NCBI GenBank assembly: GCA_963666975.2
Contig: CAXVYR010000004.1
Location: forward strand, 1,184,001 to 1,248,000
Reading direction: 5' to 3'
From: Terriglobia bacterium
GTDB taxonomy: Bacteria; Acidobacteriota; Terriglobia; 2-12-FULL-54-10
Length of the DNA stretch: 64,000 nt
Positions within the stretch are counted from its first letter, which is position 1, and each line of letters opens with the position of its first letter. The notes under the pieces were generated by a model. It saw only the letters and a list, made by a program, of their open reading frames with translations, did no database searches and was not told the DNA's origin. Made by a program: the position numbers and the translations under genes. Positions 9,853 through 19,323 of this stretch are shown here, piece by piece.

Positions 9853-10893
9853 ATGACACGTTTCTGGGAGCATGCAGCTGGGGTTGCAGCGGCGACCTCC
9901 GCCACCCCGACAGAGCCGTTCGAATGCACATGGGAGAAAGCCCAGGACTGGTGCAATTTTGTTGTACTCCGTCCGGACTGGCTCCCTCCCGATTGCCGTC
10001 TGGGGAAAGTTTCCGTGCGCCCGGAAACCGCGCGGCATCCGAGCAGCCTTCGGATGAGCGTAGAGGGCAAAGGGCGCTCGATGCGCCTGAAGCAGTTCTA
10101 CATGGACTGGTGGCTTCCCACCTCATCGGACATGAACCTTACCGCTCCGGGAACGGTTTTTGTGGCAGCCGGGATCGTGGGTTACCTGGGGCGCGACTAC
10201 AAAGGCCAGGAAGCGGCTTGCACGCACCGTTTCGGCGCCCTGTTAGAACTCTCGGTGACCAATGGACGCTTCCAGGCGGACGAGATTACAGCTTTTTTTG
10301 AGAACCTGCAGCCACAGGTCCCCGAGGCGGTTCGGAAACTCGGGGCGCTTCCCTTCGCCCAAATCAGCTACTATGCCCGGAAGGGACCCAACCCGGGCCC
10401 TGTAAACAACGATCTGGTAACCGGCTGCCAGTGGAGTGCCCAACGGCAAGAATTGCAGAACGCCTTCCAGCCAGGACAGATCTACTACCCGCGCCAGTTC
10501 CCCGCCTCCTACGCCTTTGACTCCTTAGGCACCCGTCACGAACGCTCCAGCAACCACTGGGAATACCAACTGCTGTTCCGCCATCAGGACAATTTGACCG
10601 ACAACATCTGGCTTCGGGCCGTGGGAGAAGAAACCGAAAAGCTCGTCTGGATTTCGCCCGGGCTGGATCAGCGGATGGGCATCCAACTGAAAAGGGTCAA
10701 ACTGCAGAACCGCACCCTAGGCGTGGGCTCCACCTCCGAGCCTTACGGAGAAAGAGTGGCCCAATGGGTGGAAAAGAAGATTGCTTGGGAGGTGCATGCC
10801 CGTGCATCTCTGCACATGAACGAGAAGGATTTTTTGTTCTTTTTGGACTCGCTTTCTCCTGAAAAAACGTCTCCGGCTGGACCCTCCAAATAA
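9853..10893 (+). CDS. Hypothetical protein, apparently two related domains
   Basis: 346-aa ORF with GAGG RBS; RPDWLPPDC and YPRQFPASY segments resemble each other. Confidence 0.65.
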   Translation: MTRFWEHAAGVAAATSATPTEPFECTWEKAQDWCNFVVLRPDWLPPDCRLGKVSVRPETARHPSSLRMSVEGKGRSMRLKQFYMDWWLPTSSDMNLTAPGTVFVAAGIVGYLGRDYKGQEAACTHRFGALLELSVTNGRFQADEITAFFENLQPQVPEAVRKLGALPFAQISYYARKGPNPGPVNNDLVTGCQWSAQRQELQNAFQPGQIYYPRQFPASYAFDSLGTRHERSSNHWEYQLLFRHQDNLTDNIWLRAVGEETEKLVWISPGLDQRMGIQLKRVKLQNRTLGVGSTSEPYGERVAQWVEKKIAWEVHARASLHMNEKDFLFFLDSLSPEKTSPAGPSK

Positions 10894-11172
10894 CACTGGC
10901 CAAAGCAGTGGGCACATGCTCGCAGGGCCAGCCTCACCTAAGCTGTCCGGATATGACCACGAGAGCACACCGTCCTCCCTCGGCATTCCAGCACAACCTT
11001 TATGACCGGAGTGAAAGGTAACATGACGTATCCGGGTCCCAGACTTTCCGAAGAATTTCAGGCCAATTCCGCAAAACTTTTGTTTAGGATAGCTGTTACT
11101 AGGAACCTTGGCTATACCCGTTTCAGCGTTGGTGTAGAGTCGGTGTAAAGTTACGTTGTTGGCGAATCCATC

Positions 11173-11233
11173 CGAGCCGCGAGAGCCTGCCCTGAGCGAA
11201 GCCGAAGGGAGCTTGCCGAAGGACGCGCGGCTC
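11173..11233. repeat. REP-like palindromic element (CCCTGAGCGAAGCCGAAGGG type) after the M23 gene
   Basis: gagccgcg...cctgccctgagcgaagccgaaggg...cgcggctc hairpin. Confidence 0.45.
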
Positions 11234-11255
11234 TGACGATACACGAGTTGCGGCC

Positions 11256-12218
11256 TTACTCGTTGCCGCCCTCGCCCGCGAGGACCTCCATCAGCGAGAG
11301 GGGGTCCACACGCGCTCCGCTCAAACGGAGCGTCCAGTGCAGGTGGGGTCCGGTGACCCGCCCCGTGGCGCCCACATAGCCGATTATTTCTCCCGCCGCG
11401 ATTTGCTCTCCCTCCGAAACTGCCCGGCTGGAAAGATGGGCAAAATAAGAGTACATCCCCATGCCGTGGTCCAGGATCACGACATTTCCCGAGTAGTACT
11501 GCTCGGCGGCCAGCATGACCTTCCCTGCATTGGGCGCTTGTACCGGCGTCCCTTCCCCGGCACGGAAGTCCGTTCCGCTGTGAGGGCTGCGCGGCTGCCC
11601 GTTCAGAATGCTTCGCTTGCCAAAACTGCTGGTGGCCGCGCCGGGCACCGGGCGCAAGAAGGCCCCGCTCCAGAACCGGTCCGGCGAGGCTTTGGCGAAA
11701 ATCGCCGCAACCTGCCGCGACTCCCGCCGGATGCGCTCCAGTTGTTCCGCCGGTGGATTCACGAACCCTTCTTTTACCGTCAGCCGCCGGGTAGGAAATT
11801 GCTTGTCTTTCACGGCGAGATCATAGTCGGCTTGAAAGTTCACTCCATCCCGGCGGGTAACTGACAACCGGACTTGGTAATTCTTTGGCTCCACATTCAG
11901 GTCAATCCCCACCAAGCCGCTCCAGGCCCTCGCGCTTTCGCCCGGGAAGAAAAGAAATGTTTTGCCAAACGCCTTCGCCTCAATCTTTTCCAGCGGCAAG
12001 GGGGAGGCAACCCTCATCAGAACCACCTCGCCCGGCTGCAGAGAGCGCGCCTCGTGCGTAATGTTTAGATCAATTTCCGCCGGAGCGAGGCGGCCGCCGG
12101 CCCAGGCGGATAAAGCTGCCAAGGCGAGTACCAATCCGAACAGCCGGCCCAGGCGTGCTTTCTGGACGCAAAAACCTCGGACGGCTAAATGGTTAGTCCC
12201 TTGGTTTGTCATTTTCAT
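11256..12218 (-). CDS. M23 family metallopeptidase
   Basis: HSGTD, YFAHL and GPHLH motifs; signal peptide. Confidence 0.92.
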   Translation of the reverse strand: MKMTNQGTNHLAVRGFCVQKARLGRLFGLVLALAALSAWAGGRLAPAEIDLNITHEARSLQPGEVVLMRVASPLPLEKIEAKAFGKTFLFFPGESARAWSGLVGIDLNVEPKNYQVRLSVTRRDGVNFQADYDLAVKDKQFPTRRLTVKEGFVNPPAEQLERIRRESRQVAAIFAKASPDRFWSGAFLRPVPGAATSSFGKRSILNGQPRSPHSGTDFRAGEGTPVQAPNAGKVMLAAEQYYSGNVVILDHGMGMYSYFAHLSSRAVSEGEQIAAGEIIGYVGATGRVTGPHLHWTLRLSGARVDPLSLMEVLAGEGGNE

Positions 12219-12248
12219 CCGATGCTTCCTAAAAGCGCTCGGCGTTCC

Positions 12249-13671
12249 TTAGGGAAAGTTCGCGACACTTCGGGCCTCTCCTGTTAACTCCAGAATATGC
12301 ATGCCGGTGTTGGCGCGGTCAACTATGTAAATATACCCGCGGTCGTCCACTTCAACGTTATTGGTCTGGATGGCCACTTTGCACCGCTCCTCCCCGTCCA
12401 TTGTCACACAACGCCGGTCCGTATTCGCGGTGGTGGCCGGTATGTAGTAAGCGATCTCTTTTGGGGTGGAAGGGGTCCCGAATGTCCAGCGCGCGGACCC
12501 CCGCATTGAAGTAGGAGACAAAAACGATCCGCTTGTAATAGATCGGCGTGAAGGACTCGTTGGTGGCGTGCGGGCCGAAGCGCCCGCCCCGCTGGCAGAA
12601 TTCGCCCTCTGACTCAGGCACCTGATAGGTCGATACAGGCGTGGGCTTGGTTGGGTCCGTGATATCGATGAAGAATACAGCGTGACGGAACTCCTGGCAC
12701 TCATTCTGGGTGGATTCCGATGGCATCACAATGAAGTCCCGAACTTTTCCATACAGGTTGTCCTTGAAATCGGGAATCTCAATCCCCAAGACGGGGAAGG
12801 TAGTATGCCCTCCCCATGCAGGATTCATGTCTATGCGGCCGATTTGGGGATAGAGCAGGTTTTCCGGCGTCGGCTCGGGAGCCCCTCGCAGAAGTTTGTC
12901 CCGGTCTACGATCTGGATAATAGCGCCGCTCGATGAGCCGTAACCAAAGTAGACGCGGTCGTCCAGCACGATGGGTCCATGAAGGTCGGTGGGCACCTTC
13001 TCCATCTGCGAACCCGGCTCTTGGCCAACCAAACCGAAGTCCCGGATCAACACCGGCGCCTCCGGGTTGCTTAAGTCGAAAATTTTTGTTCCCCGGGCCC
13101 GCCAATCCGGGTCAGCGGAAACAATGTAAGCAATTCCGGTATCGCACTCCCACCAATTTTTGTGGATGCTCTTCATCCCGTCGACTACCTTGCTCAGGAA
13201 TTGCGGCTCGCTCGGAGAGGTGACGTTCCAGAGCTCGTGCCCCGCCGAGCCGATGCTGCGGAGCAGGTAGGCCTTCCCATCGATCATACAGGCGCGGTTC
13301 ATCTGCGCGCCGCTGCTCCCCCTGGTGATTGTTGCATCGCCGGGGATATGGGAAAGGCCCTGCGGGTTCCGAGGGTGGGTCACGTCCACGATCATCGTGC
13401 CGTTCGGCTCGACCGTCCCGCTCACGGGGTTAAAGGAGCTGCCACCCAGCAAGCCGATATAGGCGATCCAGCGGTTACCCTGCTGCAGGATGACGGGCTG
13501 GTAGGCGGAGCGGCTCTGGAGATCATGAAAACCCACGACTCGCATGTTCTTGCCTTCCGATCCGTGGCCTCCCAGACTTTGCTGCGCCGCCGCATCGCCC
13601 GCGCTCCAGGCCAACACGACGAAAAACACTGCTGTGGAAAAAAGCAATCCTCCCGGCAATCGTCGCGTCAT
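12249..13671 (-). pseudogene. Secreted LVIVD-repeat beta-propeller protein, +1 frameshift near 12460 (possibly a sequence error)
   Basis: Repeated IVDVT.P/IFDLS.P/FIDIT.P units; ALDIRDPFHPK continues as EIAYYIPA in another frame at the A4 run 12459-12462; GGAGGAG RBS before 13671. Confidence 0.8.
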
Positions 13672-13773
13672 CGTCTCTCCTCCCCCGGACACTTGAATGA
13701 GCACCTGAATCGCTGCATAAATTATCGGGCGTCTGATGCCTCGTCCTATCACTCGCCGGTACCCGCAGCCGCG

Positions 13774-16038
13774 TTAGAAAATTTCCGGGAAATAATACGT
13801 CATCACGGCATTGAGATACTTGTCCGAGACGATGACGGTCTTGTTCTTGGCGTCAAAAGTCACCCCGCGCGGCTGGCGCAACATCCCCTTTGGCCCTCCA
13901 ATCTTCCACCGCGGCGGAACGTCCCCGTTGTCCTCGAGGATGCTCCATACGCCCACAAAGGCCTCATTGGACGAAAGTCTTTCGCCCGGCCCGGACCCCG
14001 GACCCGGGACAGCCGCCAGGACCAAGCCACGGGGCGGATAGACCTGGATTCGCTGCGTTCGTGTGATACCTGTCTTGGGGCCGCTGATCACAGCTTTCGG
14101 TTTCACGTTACCCTCGTCGGTGCGGTTAAAAATCATCAGACCCCTTCTGCTGTCTCCTCCTTCCTCCCAGCTCGCCGACACGACAAGCAAGTTGTGGACC
14201 GGGTCCACGGCGACCTCGGTGGGACTCCACGGCGTGCCGGGGCCCTCCAGGATCCGGACCGGCGCTGCATTTCCATTTGCCTCCCGCGCAAAAACCAGGA
14301 CCCGGCTTGCCCCTCCCGCCTCAGGAACGAAAATCTCGTTGTGCACCGGATCGACCGTCACCTTGTCGGGATTCCTTAACAGCGTGCGGAGCCCCTGGAT
14401 TACCCGGATCGGGGACTCCTCCCCATCGGCTCCTCCACGGAACGTCATCACCGACTGGGAGAACGGCTGCGGCACCGTGATTTCATCATGGATCTCATCG
14501 TAGAAAATGCCGTGCATCGTCCGGCCCAACATTGTTTTTTGTCCCTCAATCTTCCGGTTCGCTGTGGCTCCCCCTTCCGCCAGCCTGGCGAAAGCCGCAA
14601 TCTGCGGGTGGGCCACTCAGTTGGGCACCAGTATCTCTGCCCGCTTGGTGTCATAGGTTACAGCGCCCGGATTGCCAATCATCAAAGACGGCTCGCCAAT
14701 CGGCGCGCTGCGGATCGTGCGCAGAGGCGGCGTGTCGCCCTCCGCTGTGGGTTTATAGACGGTCGCCGAGTGATTGCCGAAGTTGGCCACCCACAGCTCG
14801 TCATTCTTAGTGTCCAAAAACAGGCCCGTGGGATTTTTGATGCCGCTGTTGGGGCCTTTCAACACCCGAATGGGAGCCACGTCACCATTGGCAGTCGCGC
14901 GGAAGACCAGGACGGAATCTCCCTGGTCATTGGCAACAAACAGTTCCCCTCGCTCCGGGTCAACGGCAATTCCCGCCGCCCAGTTCAATTGGGTCCGGGA
15001 ACCTTCGATCACCCGCAACGGAGCAGCATTCCCGCTCGCGGTCCGGGAGTACACCGTGATCGAAGGCGGCACCGTCGTGCCCGAACCGGGGATCGCTACG
15101 TCCTCGCCCTTCGGCCAATTCGCTTTCCCTTTGGCTCTTCCGAGAGTTCCCTCCCCGTCGGCGTCCGCGCGATGTTGCCGGACCGAGCCGTGATTGGTGA
15201 CGTAGATGAGATTATTCTTCGTATCCACGGCAATGCCGTGGGGGTCCGCCAGGCGAGTGCGATCTCCCTGAAGCAGGCGGATGGGGGCATCGTCGCCTTC
15301 GGCCATCTTGTTGTATACCACCACCGCGTTGTCGTGCTGGATGGTGAGGAAAAGCTCCTCCCGCTGTTCATCCACCGTAATGCCAAAAGTCCCGTGCGGC
15401 GTGGCCAGCTGCCGCGTCGGAGGCACGTCCCCGTTGGCCTGGCGGTCAAAAATCACCAGTGTGTCCACCGTGTCGTTGTTGACGGCGTATATATCCCCGC
15501 TGGCCGGGTCAATATACAGGCCGCACTGAAATTCGATTCTCGTGTGTTCTCCCCCGATCTTGCGCTTTGGTTCGGTCATGGCCGCGTTGGGGGGCGTATT
15601 GTCCAGCCGGTCGTAGACCATAATGTTGAAGAAGCTTTCGTCCGTCATGACAACTTCCCCGCGCACCGGGTCCACCGCAACAGCGCTGTAGGAGGAATAG
15701 GGATCCCGAATGACCCGAAGCGGCGCTCTCGGGGCGGTTTCCTCGCCGCTGTTCTGAGCGACAGTCCGTGCCCCGCTGCCAGCGGAAAGCCTTTCCTGCC
15801 GCATGGCGGCCAGCAGCGTAGTGCCGGTGCTGGCGGGCACCCACTCGCACATTACCCCGTCCATCGCCGGCAAAGGCTCCACGGAGATCAGTTGAGGAGA
15901 CCCAGTAGGCCTCCGAGCCAAGACCGACAGCCTTTCGCCGGTGACCCCGCTGGATAGCACGAATCCGGCAAGAGTCCCGGTCACTGCGAGAATTGCAATC
16001 AGCAATGCCTTCCGTCGCAAATAAGATGCTTGCGCCAT
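13774..16038 (-). CDS. Exported 12-blade NHL-type double beta-propeller, 754 aa, with in-frame TGA at 14617-14619 (candidate selenocysteine, U474)
   Basis: Track ORFs 14617..16038 and 13774..14616 abut in the same frame; ...EILVPN-TGA-VAHPQIAAF... falls inside blade 7; SECIS-like hairpin downstream; no SD before the GTG at 14616. Confidence 0.75.
14574..14594 (-). promoter_or_regulatory. Candidate bacterial SECIS hairpin
   Basis: CUUUCGCCA-GGC-UGGCGGAAG, 9-bp stem, apical G at +32/+33 after UGA. Confidence 0.6.
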
Positions 16039-16145
16039 GTCAGTTCCTCCTCCTTTAATCTTTTAACCTTAGTTCGCAATCGGGTCGCTTCTAAGTTCCG
16101 TCAGCGGCTTCCAACTCATCGGCGATGGCGATATTGTCCCGCGCG

Positions 16146-17594
16146 GAGGGTGTCCCATACATAGTTGAAGGTTGAACGGCGGTTCGGCCCGAATCGAATA
16201 GAATCGGGCCAAGCCTAAATCCTATAGAAGGAGAACCGCCGAATGAAGGGAAAATATCACGTTTTGGAACTGGGTTCCAAGGGAGCCGAAGAAACCATCC
16301 AGAAGTTTTGCCAAACCAACGGACAGATGCTGTTGCCGGTGGTGGATCTGATCACGGAGGCGCGTCTGGCGGTGGATGAGGTGATTGATCGGGCCGGGCG
16401 AGGTTTGATTGAAACGATTCTGAGCATGAGCGCAGAGCAAATCGCGGGGCCAAAGAGTCCCGGGAAGGCGAGCGGAGAGGTGCGCTGGCATGGCCGGCAA
16501 TTGGGGAGGGTGAAACTGGCCGATCGCCAGCTGCGGGTGGAGCGGCCCCGGCTGCGCCGGAAGGGCGGAGGGGAAGAAGCGGTGCCGGCCTACGAAGCAC
16601 TGCGGAAAAGCGAGAAGACGGGCGAGGAGATGTTCGAGGCACTGTTGAAAGGGGTTTCGACGCGGAACTACCGCGAGGTGATCCCGGAGATGGCCAACAG
16701 CGCTGGGGTGTCGAAGTCTCAGGTGAGCCGGGAAGCGGCCGAGCAAGGAGCGCGGCGGCTGGAAGAACTGTTGGCGCGGCGCTGGGAGGAGGTCGAGATT
16801 CTGGTGATTTACCTGGACGGAATGCGGTTCGGCTCCCACCACGTCATCAGCGCCGTGGGCGTGGACAGCGAGGGCCGCAAGCATGTGCTGGGGATTCAAC
16901 TGGGCGCGACCGAAAACGCCGCTGCGGTGAAAGACCTTCTCACCCGCCTGCGCCAGCAAGGTTTGCGCACGGATCAGCGCTATCTGTTTGTGATCGACGG
17001 CGCCAAAGCGCTCCGCGCGGGGATCGAGGAAGTATTCGGCAGCAATCAGCTGGTGCAGCGTTGCCGTACTCATAAGCTGCGCAACGTGGCTGAGCGGTTA
17101 CCAAAGGGCGACAAAATGCTGGCGAATCAGGTGCGGTCGCTGATGCGCGCCGCCTGGCGATTGCCCCAAGCCGAGGAAGGCATCGTGCGCATAAAAAAGC
17201 TCGCTGGGATGATCGAGTGCGATCATCCGGCAGCAGCCGCCAGCTTGCGCGAAGGGTTGGAGGAGACCTTTACGATCAATCGAGCCGACGTTCCTCCCAG
17301 CCTCCACCGCTGCCTGGCAACCACGAACCTCATCGAGAGCCCGCAGTCGGGCGTGCGGAAAAAGACTGGCAATGTTTGCCGCTGGCGCGACGGCGAGATG
17401 ACGTTGCGCTGGGTGGCAGGAGCGTTTCTGCTGACCGAGAAGAATTTCCGGAAGATCATGGGTTATCACGATCTCTGGGCTTTGGCATCGATTCTCGGCC
17501 GAAGTCCAAACGCTGCTTCCTCTCACAAGGAGGAAGTGGCGTAATATGAACTCAACCCGCCGTCCCAACCTGCAACTGAGTTTGGGACACCTTC
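16146..17594 (+). mobile_element. IS256-family element, copy 1 (1449 bp)
   Basis: Imperfect TIRs GAGGGTGTCCCATACATAGTTGAAGGTT / GAAGGTGTCCCAAACTCAGTTGCAGGTT; 8-bp TSD CCCGCGCG at 16138-16145 and 17595-17602. Confidence 0.95.
16243..17544 (+). CDS. IS256-family (Mutator) transposase
   Basis: YLDG, VIDG, QRC..HK.RN and TTN.IES motifs. Confidence 0.95.
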   Translation: MKGKYHVLELGSKGAEETIQKFCQTNGQMLLPVVDLITEARLAVDEVIDRAGRGLIETILSMSAEQIAGPKSPGKASGEVRWHGRQLGRVKLADRQLRVERPRLRRKGGGEEAVPAYEALRKSEKTGEEMFEALLKGVSTRNYREVIPEMANSAGVSKSQVSREAAEQGARRLEELLARRWEEVEILVIYLDGMRFGSHHVISAVGVDSEGRKHVLGIQLGATENAAAVKDLLTRLRQQGLRTDQRYLFVIDGAKALRAGIEEVFGSNQLVQRCRTHKLRNVAERLPKGDKMLANQVRSLMRAAWRLPQAEEGIVRIKKLAGMIECDHPAAAASLREGLEETFTINRADVPPSLHRCLATTNLIESPQSGVRKKTGNVCRWRDGEMTLRWVAGAFLLTEKNFRKIMGYHDLWALASILGRSPNAASSHKEEVA

Positions 17595-17643
17595 CCCGCG
17601 CGCGATACACCTCACCCATGCCGCCCGAGCCTATTGAACATTT

Positions 17644-17722
17644 CATAATATAGTGACATTTCCACAGGCTACAAAAGCCCTATAGAAGGCCGCCCAGCGA
17701 ATCTAAGTGTCACTATATTATG
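17644..17722. repeat. 79-bp element with perfect 15-bp terminal inverted repeats
   Basis: CATAATATAGTGACA (17644-17658) and TGTCACTATATTATG (17708-17722). Confidence 0.6.
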
Positions 17723-17723
17723 T

Positions 17724-19053
17724 CACTGCTGTCCGGCTAAAATTTCAGAACAGCCAACAAGTCTCATGAGAGCAAAAGGTTACGGGCATTGGAGCATTTT
17801 TCGATTTGAAATCCGCGAGGGCGAAAAATGGCTTTGAACGTAAAGACTGGGGTAGGCGACAGAAGAGTGCATGAACATCGGTCGCACCGTTTTCGCTCAG
17901 CTTATGGATCACGTGCCCTCGTACGAGTTTCACAAATGCGTCACGCGCTACCGTGGCGACGATCATCTGCGAAGCTTTTCTTGCTGGGACCAGTTTCTGG
18001 CGATGGCGTTCGCTCAGTTGACTTACCGCGAGAGTCTCCGCGACATCGAGGCGTGTCTGCGTTCCATGACCAGCAAACTCTACCACATCGGATTGCGCGG
18101 CAACGTGGCGCGCTCGACACTGGCCGATGCCAACGAGTCGCACGACTGGCGCATCTACGCGGACTTCGCCCAGGTGTTGATCGGCATCGCACGGCCTTTG
18201 TATGCGCGCGATCCGATCGGCGTCGATCTGGATCAGAGCCTGTACGCGCTGGACTCCACCACCATCGACCTCTGCCTCTCGCTGTTTCCGTGGGCACGAT
18301 TCCGCCAACACAAGGCTGCCGTCAAACTGCATACGCTGCTGGACCTGCATGGCAACATCCCCACGTTTCTCCGCGTCACGGCCGGTGCCGTGCACGATGT
18401 CAACATCCTCGACGAGATCGTTCCGGAAGCGGGCGCGTTCTACGTGATGGATCGCGGCTACATCGACTTCGAGCGACTCTTTGTCTTCACACTCTGCTCC
18501 GCATTTTTCGTCGTGCGGACGAAAGAGAACGTCTTGCTCCAACGCCGCTATTCTCATCCAGCAGACAGAACCAGCGGCTTGCGATCCGATCATACCGTGA
18601 TCCTGACCGGGAACGCCTCGGCCAGGGCATACCCCGATCCGCTACGGCGCGTTACGTACTTCGATGCAGAAACAAACAAGCGCCTGAAGTTTCTTACCAA
18701 CAATTTCGTGCTACCCGCACTCACTATCGCTCAAATCTACAAGTGCCGCTGGCAGGTGGAACTGTTCTTCAAATGGATCAAGCAGCACCTGCGAATCAAG
18801 GCATTCTATGGCACCAGCCAAAACGCCGTGAAGACTCAAATCTGGATCGCCGTTTCGATCTATGTACTCGTGGCCATTGTCCGGAAGCGTCTCGGTTTGG
18901 AAGCCAGCCTTTACCAAATTTTACAGATTCTCAGTGTTACTCTTTTCGAGAAAGTACCCATTTTACAGGCCTTGGAAGCATCGGGCTCCCCAGACGATTT
19001 AGTCAGAAATCCCAACCAGTTGATTCTGTTCGAGTTTTAACCGGACAGCAATG
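17724..19053 (+). mobile_element. IS4-family element (1330 bp)
   Basis: TIRs CACTGCTGTCCGGCTAAAA / CATTGCTGTCCGGTTAAAA; 9-bp TSD ATATTATGT at 17715-17723 and 19054-19062. Confidence 0.93.
17871..19040 (+). CDS. IS4-family transposase (DUF4372 + DDE)
   Basis: LDSTTI, MDRGY and YKCRWQVELFFKWIKQ (YREK) motifs. Confidence 0.95.
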   Translation: MNIGRTVFAQLMDHVPSYEFHKCVTRYRGDDHLRSFSCWDQFLAMAFAQLTYRESLRDIEACLRSMTSKLYHIGLRGNVARSTLADANESHDWRIYADFAQVLIGIARPLYARDPIGVDLDQSLYALDSTTIDLCLSLFPWARFRQHKAAVKLHTLLDLHGNIPTFLRVTAGAVHDVNILDEIVPEAGAFYVMDRGYIDFERLFVFTLCSAFFVVRTKENVLLQRRYSHPADRTSGLRSDHTVILTGNASARAYPDPLRRVTYFDAETNKRLKFLTNNFVLPALTIAQIYKCRWQVELFFKWIKQHLRIKAFYGTSQNAVKTQIWIAVSIYVLVAIVRKRLGLEASLYQILQILSVTLFEKVPILQALEASGSPDDLVRNPNQLILFEF

Positions 19054-19235
19054 ATATTATGTAAACCTCAATAAGTGGCTCAGGATTTCGTAAGCGCCCA
19101 AGTGCTGGACTGGAAAAACAACCACGTTATCGTCCTCGCCTGATTGGAACTGCTGGTAGATTACAGGAGGTGAAACGGCAAATCAATTGCTACGCAGGAA
19201 GGAGACCCCCAGGAAACAAGAAAAGCGAAAAGGGA

Positions 19236-19264
19236 TTGCACTGAAAGAGCGGGCAGCGTATGCT
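19236..19264 (+). promoter_or_regulatory. Putative sigma70 promoter of hup, separated from it by IS256 copy 2
   Basis: TTGCAC-17 nt-TATGCT about 60 bp before the IS insertion point. Confidence 0.55.
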
Positions 19265-19323
19265 TTGCACTCACAATGACTGAAACCTGAAATTTTGAAT
19301 TTGACTAAATTTTTTCCTAAAGG

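Larger units (their letters stand above)
16092..17637 (-). pseudogene. Short remnant of a Ser/Thr protein kinase N-lobe, interrupted by IS256
   Basis: IGSGGMGEVYRAR|D reads across the IS target duplication, then a stop follows shortly. Confidence 0.6.

Noticed and set aside
12455-12470. Programmed ribosomal frameshift in the LVIVD gene
   Set aside because: It needs a +1 correction in a short homopolymer with no obvious stimulator; error or mutation is simpler
14574-14619. Genome-wide UGA=Trp/Gly alternative genetic code
   Set aside because: TGA serves as a normal stop at conserved C-termini (e.g. lon, hemH, pgi, bcp), so any readthrough must be site-specific
13162-15957. Long plus-strand ORFs (405 and 489 aa) and similar antisense ORFs over IS and housekeeping genes
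   Set aside because: They are shadows of well-supported opposite-strand genes in GC-rich DNA and have no recognisable motifs
17700-19070. Chromosomal dif site interrupted by the IS4
   Set aside because: Only a XerD-like half resembles dif; no XerC arm at the correct 6-bp spacing
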